Positions 18,034-26,566 are shown, counted from the first letter of the stretch. The stretch: 32,000 nucleotides of DNA from Pseudomonas aeruginosa (GCF_001457615.1 NZ_LN831024.1:3480001-3512000); one strand, 5' to 3'. Program-made: numbers and translations. Notes: generated by a model not told the origin, from the letters alone.

Positions 18034-19239
18034 CTATTCGAGGCGGTCGTGCTGCCGGAACGCCACGCGCACCGCGTTGCGCCCTGCATCCTTGGCCTCG
18101 TAGAGCGCGCGGTCGGCCTCGCGATAGAGCGCGTCCAGGCCCATGCCGGAGGTCGAATAGGCCACCCCCAGGCTGATGGTCAGGCAGGGGCCGGCGCTGG
18201 AGCCCAGGTGCTCGATGCCCAGCGCCTCCACCGCCTGCCGCAGGCGCTCGGCGATGGCCAGGGTGTTGCCCTCCTCGCTGTCGTAGAGCAACACGGCGAA
18301 CTCCTCCCCGCCCAGGCGCGCGGCGATATCCAGCGGCCGCCGCGCGCCCTGCCGGAGCACGACGCCAAGCTGGCGCAGGGCGGCATCGCCGGCCGGATGC
18401 CCGTAGTGGTCGTTGTAGGCCTTGAAGTCGTCGACATCCACCAGGATCAGCGCCACCCCCTTTTCTTCGCGGGCGCCCTGCTCCAGGGCCCGCTGGGCGA
18501 GCAGCTCGTAGTAGCGCCGGTTGACCAGGCCGGTGAGGCTGTCCTGTTCGGCCATCATGCCCAGCAGCCGCCGGCCGAGGAACTGCTCGCGCTGGGCGTA
18601 GTCCTGCAGGTACAGGGCGAACGAACAGATCAGGACCACCAGGCCGTTGTAGAGCGTATTCAGCAGGTTGGTACGCAGGTTCTCTTCGCCGCCGAAAAGC
18701 AGGAATACCGCCAGGTTCAGGGCCAGGCACAGCAACGCCAGGCGCACGCAGGCCCAGAACGCCAGGCCGAGCGGGAAGAACACCGCGAGGATGCCCAGGG
18801 TCGCGCCCAGTTGGGTGAAGCGCGGCACCCCATGCCACTCGAACAGCACGTCGCAGGCCAGCACCGCCAGGTTGATCAGCAGCAGGCAGTAGGGCGCGAT
18901 GGCATCGCCGACCTTGCGCAGGCTGGGCAGGAAGGCCGCCGGCCAGACCACCAGCAGCAGGCCGATCATTCCCAGGCGCACGCCCAGCAGTTGCTCGAAC
19001 AGGCTGGGGTGCAGGCGGATGTCCACCATCATCCAGTCGGCCACGATGAACAGCGCCCAGATCAGGAACGCCACCCCGATGGCAGCGCGCCGCTGCATCA
19101 GCGAGTTCCAGCTGAGAAACTCGCGAAACTCGTTTTCCAGCTCCTTTTCGAACCGCAACCAACGAAAGCCGGTGCGCAACTGGCGCGCATACGGATTATC
19201 CGGCAGACCAGCCTGTACCAGGCTGTCGCGTGCAAGCAT
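18034..19239 (-). CDS. Membrane-anchored diguanylate cyclase (GGDEF domain with I-site)
   Basis: 401 aa. The N-terminal ~210 aa has about 6 TM helices. The C-terminal GGDEF domain has the active site RLGGEEFAVLL and an RxxD I-site (RPLD) five residues upstream. GGGGAG lies 4 nt upstream of the ATG. Confidence 0.9.
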   Translation of the reverse strand: MLARDSLVQAGLPDNPYARQLRTGFRWLRFEKELENEFREFLSWNSLMQRRAAIGVAFLIWALFIVADWMMVDIRLHPSLFEQLLGVRLGMIGLLLVVWPAAFLPSLRKVGDAIAPYCLLLINLAVLACDVLFEWHGVPRFTQLGATLGILAVFFPLGLAFWACVRLALLCLALNLAVFLLFGGEENLRTNLLNTLYNGLVVLICSFALYLQDYAQREQFLGRRLLGMMAEQDSLTGLVNRRYYELLAQRALEQGAREEKGVALILVDVDDFKAYNDHYGHPAGDAALRQLGVVLRQGARRPLDIAARLGGEEFAVLLYDSEEGNTLAIAERLRQAVEALGIEHLGSSAGPCLTISLGVAYSTSGMGLDALYREADRALYEAKDAGRNAVRVAFRQHDRLE

Positions 19240-19488
19240 GCTGACTCCCCTACCTCGGACCGAACGCTGAAACAGGCCTGGACGACAATACCCTGGCGCC
19301 TCTGCAGCGATGAGTCAAAAAGCCATCACCCTTTACCAGACAATAGGGCATGCGGCGTGCCGAGGCGATACCAACCATCGGCGCAGCGGGACGCCCCGGG
19401 CGAGCGAATGGCAAGATCCGTGGGCCGACTGGCATTGCGGCCAGGCCCGAAGGACGCCAGACTGCCGCCATCGCCATGAGGTTGTGCC

Positions 19489-20493
19489 ATGCCCGAACCG
19501 CGCCTGATTGCCTGCCTGATCTATCCCGACGTGATGAGCCTGGACGTGACCGGACCGCTGCAGGTATTCGCCTCGGCCAACGTCGAACGCCAGCGCCAGG
19601 GCCTGCCGCCTTTCTACCGGATACAGGTGCTCGGCGAGCGTAGCGAAGCGGTGCCCAGTTCCGCGGGCATCCGCATCTGCGCCGACCTCGCCTGGCGCGA
19701 CTGTCCGCCGGAAAGCCTGGACACCCTGTTGGTGCCCGGCGGCCTCGGTGTCGAGGCGCAGACCCGCAACGCCGACCTGCTCGCCTGGCTGAAAGCCGCC
19801 GAACCGTGCATACGGCGGCTCGGCTCGGTGTGTTCGGGAGCGCTGATCCTGGCCGCCGCCGGGGTTCTCGACGGGCGCCCGGCGACCACCCACTGGGCCG
19901 ACGTGGCGACGCTGCGCCAGGGGTTTCCCGGCGTCCATGTGCAAGGCGACCGCCTGCACACCTACGACCCGCGGTGCCGCGACGGCGACGCCCACATCTT
20001 CACCTCGGCCGGCGTCACGGCGGGAATCGACCTGGCCCTGGCGCTGGTCGAGGCCGACCTCGGCCGCAGCCTGGCGCTCAGCGTCGCGCGACGCCTGGTG
20101 ATGTTCCTCAAGCGTCCTGGCGGCCAGGCCCAGTTCAGCGCCTGGCTGACCCCGGAACCGAGCCGCACCCCGCGTCTGGCCGCGCTGCTGGAGTGGATTC
20201 CCGCCAACCTCGCCGGCGACCTGTCCCTGGAAGCCCTCGCCGACCAGGCCTGCATGAGCCCGCGTACGCTGTCCCGGGTATTTCTCCAGGAACTGGGCGT
20301 GGCGCCCGGTCGCTACGTCGAGCGGGTTCGCCTGGAGGCCGCGCGCGCCCTGCTGCAGGACGCCCAGGCGTCGATCGCCACGGTGTCCCGGCTGTGCGGC
20401 TTCGGCCATCCGGAAAACCTCCGGCGGACGTTCCACAAGCATCTTTCGGTCAGCCCCCAGGAATACGCCGAACGCTTCGGCATGCTGGCCTGA
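19489..20493 (+). CDS. GlxA-family transcriptional regulator (DJ-1/PfpI domain plus AraC-type HTH)
   Basis: 334 aa. The N-terminal DJ-1/PfpI fold has the nucleophile-elbow GSVCSGALILAAAGVL. The C-terminal AraC HTH is LSLEALADQACMSPRTLSRVFLQELGVAPGRYVERVRLEAARALLQ...GFGHPENLRRTFHKHLSVSPQEYAE. Confidence 0.9.
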   Translation: MPEPRLIACLIYPDVMSLDVTGPLQVFASANVERQRQGLPPFYRIQVLGERSEAVPSSAGIRICADLAWRDCPPESLDTLLVPGGLGVEAQTRNADLLAWLKAAEPCIRRLGSVCSGALILAAAGVLDGRPATTHWADVATLRQGFPGVHVQGDRLHTYDPRCRDGDAHIFTSAGVTAGIDLALALVEADLGRSLALSVARRLVMFLKRPGGQAQFSAWLTPEPSRTPRLAALLEWIPANLAGDLSLEALADQACMSPRTLSRVFLQELGVAPGRYVERVRLEAARALLQDAQASIATVSRLCGFGHPENLRRTFHKHLSVSPQEYAERFGMLA

Positions 20494-20515
20494 CGCTCCC
20501 ACCGAGGACCTTCCC

Positions 20516-20758
20516 ATGCTGGAACTGCGCCCCAACTGCGAGTGCTGCGACCGCGACCTGCCCGGCGACAGCGGCGACGCGCTGATCTGCACCTTCGAGT
20601 GCACCTTCTGCCGCGACTGCGCGACGGTCCGCCTGGGCGGCCAGTGCCCGAACTGCGGCGGCGAACTGCTGGCCCGGCCAAGGCGTCCGCGGGATGCGCT
20701 AGCCCGTCACCCCGCCTCCAGCCGACGCGTCGTCAGGCCCGGCGGTTGTCCGGAGTGA
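20516..20758 (+). CDS. DUF1272-like Cys-rich small protein (putative zinc ribbon)
   Basis: 80 aa: MLELRPNCECCDRDLPGDSGDALICTFECTFCRDCATVRLGGQCPNCGGELLARP.... It has nine Cys in CxCC, CxxxCxxCxxC and CxxC arrangements. It starts 22 nt after the regulator stop and ends 4 nt before the MFS ATG. Confidence 0.75.
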   Translation: MLELRPNCECCDRDLPGDSGDALICTFECTFCRDCATVRLGGQCPNCGGELLARPRRPRDALARHPASSRRVVRPGGCPE

Positions 20759-20762
20759 CGCC

Positions 20763-21932
20763 ATGCTGCTACGCAACCCGACCCTGCTCCTGCTGTTCTG
20801 CGGCCAGGCCCTGTACTGGTCCTGCTCGCTGATCGGCATAACCCTGACCGCCCTGGTCGGCGTCCAGCTGGCGCCGTTGAACAGCCTGGCCACCCTGCCC
20901 CTGGCCCTGCTGGTGCTGGGCAACCTGCTGGCGGTGCAGCCGTTGTCGCACTTCATGCAGCGCCACGGCCGACGTCCCGGGCTGATGCTCGGCGCCGGCG
21001 GCGGCGTGCTCGGCGGCCTGGTCTGCGCCGCCGGTGTCTGGACTGGCGATTTCCTCTGGTTCTGTCTCGGCGCGCTGGGCATCGGGGTCTACCAGGCCTC
21101 GGCCATGTACTACCGGTTCGCCGCGCTGGAGGCGGTGGATGCCGGGCGGAAAGGCCGCGCCAGCGCCTACGTGCTCGCCGGCGGAGTACTCGCCGCGCTG
21201 CTGGCGCCGAGCCTGGCGCTGTGGTCACGCAACGCGCTGGCCCAGCCCTTCGTCGGCGCCTATCTGCTGATCGCCGTGCTGGCCCTCGCCGGCCTGCTGC
21301 TGATGGCCCTGCTCCGCGAAGGCCAGGCGCCACGCCCGGCACGACTCGCCTGGCGCGACATAGGCGGCCTGTTGCGGCGGCCGGTGGTCCGCGCGGCCAT
21401 CGCCTGCACCGCGGCCGGACACGGGTTGATGATCCTGATCATGAACGCCACGCCGCTGGCCATGAGCTTCTGCGGCCTGCCGCTGGAACAGTCGAGTCGG
21501 GTCATCCAATGGCACGTGCTGGGAATGTTCCTTCCGGCGTTCTTCGCCGGACCGCTGGTCGACCGCATCGGCAACCGTCGCGTCGCCCTGCTCGGCGCGT
21601 TCCTGCTCGCCGCAAGTGCCGGCATCGCCCTGGACGGGCAGTCGGTCACGCATTTCCTGCTCAGTTCGCTGGCCCTGGGCAGCGGCTGGAACCTGATGCT
21701 CATCGCCGGCACCACCCTGCTCGGCGAGGGCCACGCCGAAAGCGAGCGCGGCGCCGCGCAAGGATTGATGGAGCAAGGCAACAGCCTGGTGGCGGCGCTG
21801 ATGTCGTTCGGCTCCGGCGCCCTGATCACCAGCCTTGGCTGGAACGCGGTGAACCTGCTGGTCTGGCCGGCGCTGCTGGTGGCGCTGGCACTGCTCTGGC
21901 CGGTACGACGAACGCGGACGCTGTCGCGCTGA
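20763..21932 (+). CDS. Major facilitator superfamily transporter
   Basis: 389 aa and highly hydrophobic, with about 12 predicted TM helices. It has MFS-like loop motifs (MQRHGRRPG between TM2 and TM3; VDRIGNRRV in the second half). Confidence 0.9.
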   Translation: MLLRNPTLLLLFCGQALYWSCSLIGITLTALVGVQLAPLNSLATLPLALLVLGNLLAVQPLSHFMQRHGRRPGLMLGAGGGVLGGLVCAAGVWTGDFLWFCLGALGIGVYQASAMYYRFAALEAVDAGRKGRASAYVLAGGVLAALLAPSLALWSRNALAQPFVGAYLLIAVLALAGLLLMALLREGQAPRPARLAWRDIGGLLRRPVVRAAIACTAAGHGLMILIMNATPLAMSFCGLPLEQSSRVIQWHVLGMFLPAFFAGPLVDRIGNRRVALLGAFLLAASAGIALDGQSVTHFLLSSLALGSGWNLMLIAGTTLLGEGHAESERGAAQGLMEQGNSLVAALMSFGSGALITSLGWNAVNLLVWPALLVALALLWPVRRTRTLSR

Positions 21933-21945
21933 AACGCCGGCAACG

Positions 21946-21980
21946 AAAAAGGCGACCTTGCGGTCGCCTCTTCTGCTTTA
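21946..21980. terminator. Bidirectional terminator between the MFS gene and nfuA
   Basis: GAAAAAGGCGACCTTGCGGTCGCCTCTTCTGCTTT has an 8-bp stem AGGCGACC/GGTCGCCT with a 4-nt loop. An A-run lies 5' and a T-rich tract 3'. It lies between convergent gene ends at 21932 and 21991. Confidence 0.65.
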
Positions 21981-21990
21981 CGGAAACGCC

Positions 21991-22575
21991 TCAGTAGTAG
22001 GCGTTCTCCTTGTTGCTGTGGTCGGTCACGTCACGCACGCCCTTCAGTTCGGGAATACGCTCGATCAGGGTCTTCTCGACGCCATCCTTGAGGGTCATGT
22101 CGACCATCCCGCAGCCCTGGCAACCGCCGCCGAAACGCAACACGGCGATGTTGTCCTCGACCACGTCGACCAGGCTCACCTGTCCGCCGTGGCTGGCCAG
22201 CCCGGGATTGATCTCGGTCTGCAGGTAGTAGTTGATGCGTTCGGTGATCGGGCTGTCCTCGTTGACCATCGGCACCTTGGCGTTCGGCGCCTTGATGGTC
22301 AACTGGCCGCCCATGCGGTCGGTGGCGTAGTCCACCACCGCATCTTCGAGGAAGGGCTCGCTGACCGCATCGATCCAGGCAGTGAAGTCCTTCAGGGCGA
22401 TGGCGGTGTCCTCGACCTTTTCCTCGCCCGGCTTGCAGTAGGCGATGCAGGTTTCCGCGTACTGGGTACCCGGCTGGGTGATGAAGATACGAATGCCGAT
22501 ACCCGGGGTGCTCTGCTTCTCCAGCAACTCGGCCAGATACGCTTGGGCAGCTTCGGTAATGGTGATGGCGCTCAT
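21991..22575 (-). CDS. nfuA: Fe-S cluster carrier/biogenesis protein NfuA
   Basis: I prefer ATG 22575 ([21 protein letters not shown], 194 aa), which is preceded by GAGGAG. It has an N-terminal degenerate A-type domain and a C-terminal Nfu domain with a CxxC motif ([22 protein letters not shown]). Confidence 0.95.
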
Positions 22576-22632
22576 GGCAACTCCTCGCAAATATGCCGAC
22601 AGTTTACGCCAATCGGTACTTGCGGATAAAGC

Positions 22633-22649
22633 CCTAGTAAATTAGTAGG
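22633..22649 (-). promoter_or_regulatory. AT-rich imperfect palindrome upstream of nfuA (candidate IscR-type site)
   Basis: The minus strand reads CCTACTAATTTACTAGG, with CCTA...TAGG arms, 58-74 nt upstream of the nfuA ATG. It loosely resembles the IscR type-1 core GACTRWWWYAGTC. nfuA is reported to be IscR-regulated in P. aeruginosa. Confidence 0.3.
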
Positions 22650-22665
22650 AATAATTCGCGATAAC

Positions 22666-22691
22666 CGACCCGCCCCTTGTGGAGCGGGTCG
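22666..22691 (-). terminator. Hairpin just downstream of the cti stop
   Basis: CGACCCGC-N10-GCGGGTCG forms an 8-bp GC-rich stem. On the minus strand it is followed by GTTATCGCGAATTATT, which is moderately T-rich. Confidence 0.4.
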
Positions 22692-22697
22692 CGAGAC

Positions 22698-24986
22698 TCA
22701 GAGGTTCTCGTAGCGGTTCATGTCCAGTGCGCCCGCCTCGACCGGCTCGGTTTCGCGGATGTACGCCTCGAGATCGTGGAAGTAGCTCCAGAACTGCGGA
22801 TTGCTGCGGCGCACGCCCCAGCGTTCGACCACCTTGTCGAAGTCCTCGCCGCTCTTCGCCGCCTCCAGGGCGCCGACGAAGGCCTCGGCATCCGTCGCCG
22901 GCAGATCGAACATGAAGTTCGGGTAGCTGGACAGCACGCCCGGGTAGATCGTCAGGGTGTCCAGGCCCGGCTGGTAGCGCAGCGACTCGCCGAGCATGAA
23001 GGCGACATTGCTGTGCGCGCGGTTGCGCAGCACGGTATAGACCTCGCGCTTGCCGCTGGACGTACGTATCCGCAGCATGGTCGCCTCGGGGAAGCGCTCG
23101 ATGACCTTGAGGCCGGCCGCCGGCCGGCTCACCAGGCGACTGAAGGCCTGCTCGGCGTCCTGCAGTTCGCGGTCGATGCCCGGTCGATAGCAGTTGCCGT
23201 CCAGGCAGCGGTTGATCGGGTCGGGGCGCGCATTGAGGTCGCCGTAGCGACGCAGCAGTTCTTCGGCGAAGGCCTTCTTCGGCTGCTTCTCCGGCAATCC
23301 CAGCGCGCTCGGCGTGTCATCGTCGAAGGCCTGGTAGTCCATCCACATCTTCAGCTTGCCGCTGTTCTGGTACCAGTCGTCGAGCAACGGCTGGCGCGCG
23401 TCGATCGGCATCAAGCGGAGGAAGTTCTGCTCGGCGCCGTTGCGGATCAGGTCGAAGTACAGGCGCGTCTGCGCCTGGTGCGAGACGTTGCCGAAGACAT
23501 CGAAGTTCACCACCAGCCCGTAGTAGGTTCGCTCGAACAGCGGGTAGTCCATCAGCCACAGGGTCTGCGGTACCTCGCCAAGCAGGCCCTTGCGCACCGA
23601 GGCGCTGTCGAACTGGCGGAAGATGCTCAGCAGGGCGTTGTCGTTGCCGTGCCAGATCGTGTTCCAGGTCGGCGGCGGCGCGTCGGCGTAGACGTCCTGG
23701 CGCAGGTCTTCGTACTCGTTGCGCTTGTCCCGGTAGGCGCTCCACAGGCCGAGCAGGTTCTTCAGCTCGTCGATCTGCCCCGGCAAGGCCAGCAGCGGCT
23801 CGCTCTGCGCGCGGAAGTTGGCGTCGGTGACGAACAGGTCCTGCTCGGGGTCCTGGAATACCACCCAGAAGTTGTCGCGGATCACGTCGGTGGCGATCTG
23901 TCCACGGCACACCGGCCCGCGGATGAAGGTACGGGTGAAGTACTCGGCGTTGTCCAGCATGAACTGGTAGCGCGCCCGTGGCGGGATCGCGGCGAAGGTG
24001 ACGAACGGGTTGGCGCGGCTCTGCACGCCGTAGCCGGGAACCTTGTCGGTGTTCCACTGGGTGCCGAAGAACAGCTCCTGGACGCGTTCCAGCTTCTTCG
24101 CCGTCAGCGGATAGGTGATGTGCGTCTTGTGGACGATCACGCCCTGGATCGGCCAGAGGCGGTAATAGAAGCTGTTGCCCGGATCGTCGTTGGGACGCCG
24201 GGTCGGGATCGGGTCGATCGGCTGGCCGCTGGGCGTGCGTGAACGCACCAGCTGGAAGAAGTGGCCGGGCGCGCCCTGCTCCGGGAAATACAGGTGCGCC
24301 AGGAACAGGTGCTCGTAGAGCCAGCGCGAGACCAGGCTCTGCTTGGCCCCAGGCTGGTTGAGGAAACGCTCCCAGCTGGCCACCTGGCGCGCCTCGGCGG
24401 CGGTCGGCCGCAACGGCTGCTGGTCGACCGGGGCGCCCGCGGCCAGCCACTTCTGCAAGGTGGCGTATTCGTCGTCGCTCAGCCCGGCCACCGCGAAAGG
24501 CATGCCGGAACCTGGGTTCTTGCGGATGAACGCATCGATGCTGGCCGGCGTCGGGCACTGGTTGGCGCGGTTGATCGAAATGTCCAGGCCTTCGGGGATC
24601 TTCGCATTCGGCTGCAACGGCTGGCTGTGGCCAAGCTCGAGCATCCGCGCCATCAGTGCGGCCTGGCCGTCCTGCGGTTCGAGCACCGACCAGAAGTCCT
24701 TGCGCCGCCAGGCGTCGGCACCGTGCGCATCGAGGTACAGGCGGGTGGTTTCCTGCGCCTTGGTCCGCGTGCCGTCGTAGACCGGCAGTTGGTTGGCGCC
24801 GCGCTGCGCGCCCTCGGCGCTGCTCAGGTTGAGCTGGCAGGGCGAATCGTAGCAGGCGTGGCAGGCGACGCACTTGGCGGTAAAGATCGGCTGGACGTCA
24901 CGGCTATAGGAAATTTCAGCAGCGGAAACAGACTGGATAAAAGACGACAAAACGAAGGCCAACCCAACCAACGGTCTTGGCAACAT
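22698..24986 (-). CDS. cti: Periplasmic fatty acid cis/trans isomerase (cytochrome c type)
   Basis: 762 aa. It has a signal peptide MLPRPLVGLAFVLSSFIQSVSA/AE and a heme c binding motif CVACH close to the N-terminus (FTAKCVACHACYDSPCQLNL), which is diagnostic of Cti. Confidence 0.95.
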   Translation of the reverse strand: MLPRPLVGLAFVLSSFIQSVSAAEISYSRDVQPIFTAKCVACHACYDSPCQLNLSSAEGAQRGANQLPVYDGTRTKAQETTRLYLDAHGADAWRRKDFWSVLEPQDGQAALMARMLELGHSQPLQPNAKIPEGLDISINRANQCPTPASIDAFIRKNPGSGMPFAVAGLSDDEYATLQKWLAAGAPVDQQPLRPTAAEARQVASWERFLNQPGAKQSLVSRWLYEHLFLAHLYFPEQGAPGHFFQLVRSRTPSGQPIDPIPTRRPNDDPGNSFYYRLWPIQGVIVHKTHITYPLTAKKLERVQELFFGTQWNTDKVPGYGVQSRANPFVTFAAIPPRARYQFMLDNAEYFTRTFIRGPVCRGQIATDVIRDNFWVVFQDPEQDLFVTDANFRAQSEPLLALPGQIDELKNLLGLWSAYRDKRNEYEDLRQDVYADAPPPTWNTIWHGNDNALLSIFRQFDSASVRKGLLGEVPQTLWLMDYPLFERTYYGLVVNFDVFGNVSHQAQTRLYFDLIRNGAEQNFLRLMPIDARQPLLDDWYQNSGKLKMWMDYQAFDDDTPSALGLPEKQPKKAFAEELLRRYGDLNARPDPINRCLDGNCYRPGIDRELQDAEQAFSRLVSRPAAGLKVIERFPEATMLRIRTSSGKREVYTVLRNRAHSNVAFMLGESLRYQPGLDTLTIYPGVLSSYPNFMFDLPATDAEAFVGALEAAKSGEDFDKVVERWGVRRSNPQFWSYFHDLEAYIRETEPVEAGALDMNRYENL

Positions 24987-25347
24987 GAACCACTCCTCAC
25001 TCGGCGACGGGCGATTCTAGCAAACCCGCCTCTCTGCGCCGCACTTTCACAACGACGGGCGAACGCGCCCCGGGCATGAGCCGCCATTTCGCCAGCATTC
25101 CACCGGCTTCGGCCGCCACGTATGCTAGCCGGGCTCCCAGGCCCGCCCTGGCGATCAAGGACGATGACTTCGAGGAAACAGGGATATGTTTCGACTCGCC
25201 GCGCCCCATCCGCGCCGGTTCGCGTGCGCCCCACGTCCCCTCTTCGCCGCTTTCCGCCTGCTGTCGTCAGGCGGCGCTTCCGTTCGCGCCCGGCGCGGCC
25301 TGGTCCATCCTTTCGCCGCCCTGGCGGCCCAACGGAGAACCCGCCCC

Positions 25348-25866
25348 ATGAAACTGCTCGCCGGCAGCTTCGCCGCTCTCTTCCTGAGCCTTTCGGCCCA
25401 GGCGGCGGACTGTACTTTCACCCAGCTGGAAATCGTGCCCCAGTTCGGCTCGCCGAACATGTTTGGCGGCGAGGACGAGCACGTCCGCGTGATGTTCAGC
25501 AACGAGGATCCCAACGACGACAACCCCGATGCCTTTCCCGAACCGCCGGTCTACCTGGCCGACCGCGACAGCGGCAACGATTGCCGCATAGAGGACGGCG
25601 GCATCTGGTCGCGCGGCGGCGTGTTCCTGAGCCAGGACGGTCGGCGCGTGCTGATGCATGAATTCAGCGGCTCCAGCGCCGAGCTGGTGTCCTACGACAG
25701 CGCCACCTGCAAGGTGGTGCACCGCGAGGACATCTCCGGCCAGCGCTGGGCGGTGGACAAGGACGGGCTGCGCCTGGGTCAGAAATGCTCGGGCGAATCC
25801 GTCGACAGCTGCGCGAAGGTCGTGAAGCGTTCGCTCGCGCCGTTCTGCCAGACCGCAAAGAAATGA
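25348..25866 (+). CDS. tsi1: Periplasmic immunity protein to the Tse1 peptidoglycan amidase
   Basis: 172 aa from ATG 25348 (MKLLAGSFAALFLSLSAQA/ADCTF..., Sec signal peptide). The track ORF starts 54 codons earlier at 25186, but that would bury the signal peptide. It lies immediately upstream of tse1. I recognise the sequence as Tsi1 from memory. Confidence 0.9.
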   Translation: MKLLAGSFAALFLSLSAQAADCTFTQLEIVPQFGSPNMFGGEDEHVRVMFSNEDPNDDNPDAFPEPPVYLADRDSGNDCRIEDGGIWSRGGVFLSQDGRRVLMHEFSGSSAELVSYDSATCKVVHREDISGQRWAVDKDGLRLGQKCSGESVDSCAKVVKRSLAPFCQTAKK

Positions 25867-25907
25867 TCCGGGCCGGAGCGCCCCTTATCGACACGCATAG
25901 GTGATAC

Positions 25908-26372
25908 ATGGACAGTCTCGATCAATGCATCGTCAACGCCTGCAAGAACAGCTGGGACAAGAGCTACCTGGCCGGCACCCCGAACAAGGACAACTGTTCC
26001 GGCTTCGTCCAGTCGGTGGCCGCCGAGCTGGGCGTACCGATGCCCCGCGGCAACGCCAACGCCATGGTCGACGGCCTGGAGCAGAGCTGGACCAAGCTCG
26101 CCTCCGGCGCCGAGGCCGCGCAGAAGGCGGCCCAGGGCTTCCTGGTGATCGCCGGCCTGAAGGGCCGCACCTACGGGCACGTCGCGGTGGTCATCAGCGG
26201 TCCGCTGTATCGGCAGAAGTACCCGATGTGCTGGTGCGGCAGCATCGCCGGCGCGGTCGGCCAGAGCCAGGGCCTGAAGTCGGTCGGCCAGGTGTGGAAT
26301 CGCACCGACCGCGACCGCCTCAACTACTACGTCTACTCCCTGGCCAGTTGCAGCCTGCCCAGGGCCAGTTGA
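25908..26372 (+). CDS. tse1: Type VI secretion exported effector 1, an NlpC/P60-CHAP-like peptidoglycan DL-endopeptidase (amidase)
   Basis: 154 aa. My hand count places the catalytic Cys at residue 30 (KDNCSGFV) and His at residue 91 (RTYGHVAVV), matching the published Tse1 catalytic dyad. There is no signal peptide. AGGTGA lies 5 nt upstream of the ATG. Confidence 0.95.
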   Translation: MDSLDQCIVNACKNSWDKSYLAGTPNKDNCSGFVQSVAAELGVPMPRGNANAMVDGLEQSWTKLASGAEAAQKAAQGFLVIAGLKGRTYGHVAVVISGPLYRQKYPMCWCGSIAGAVGQSQGLKSVGQVWNRTDRDRLNYYVYSLASCSLPRAS

Positions 26373-26380
26373 TTCAGGCC

Positions 26381-26413
26381 GTGCTGCGAATGAGCCAGAC
26401 TCATTCGCAGCAC
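26381..26413 (+). terminator. Strong hairpin 9 nt after the tse1 stop (possible terminator or mRNA stabiliser)
   Basis: GTGCTGCGAATGAG-CCAGA-CTCATTCGCAGCAC forms a perfect 14-bp stem. No U-tract follows, so intrinsic termination is uncertain. Confidence 0.5.
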
Positions 26414-26537
26414 GATTCCCCACGAGCATCCCGACTCCACTCGCCCGTCCCTTCGCCGCCTGCCTGCGCACTCCGACCTCCGCATTCCGCCCGTATACTG
26501 CGACAAAACGGCGCCAGGGATTTTTCCGGCCCGCGAA

Positions 26538-26566
26538 TGAACATCCTTCAACTTGAATGAAATTCA
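26538..26566 (+). promoter_or_regulatory. Two tandem TGAA-N5-TTCA motifs (MetR-box consensus) upstream of metH
   Basis: TGAACATCCTTCA (26538-26550) and TGAATGAAATTCA (26554-26566) are separated by 3 nt and lie 81-109 nt upstream of the metH ATG. Enterobacterial MetR, which activates metH, recognises TGAA-N5-TTCA. Confidence 0.5.

Noticed and set aside
19310-19507. A 65-aa ORF in the GGDEF / GlxA-regulator intergenic region.
   Set aside because: It has many A/T-ending and rare codons (agt, caa, aaa, aca, ata, cga, gat, cat), unlike real genes here. It also overlaps the regulator start and has no recognisable motif.
25186-25347. A 54-codon N-terminal extension of tsi1 (track ORF 25186..25866), preceded by a good-looking GAGGAA.
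   Set aside because: The extension would bury the Sec signal peptide (MKLLAGSFAALFLSLSAQA) internally. Its third-position G/C is lower (about 76% by my count) and it uses rare codons (cga, aga, caa, tca). The GGA-rich sequence is better explained as leader/RsmA-type motifs.
24987-25347. A possible extra gene in the GC-rich 361-nt cti/tsi1 spacer (track ORFs 24997-25209 -, 25076-25351 +, 25122-25661 +).
   Set aside because: The translations are low-complexity Arg/Pro/Ala strings with no SD or motif support, and they overlap one another in different frames. The spacer is more likely two divergent promoters plus leaders.
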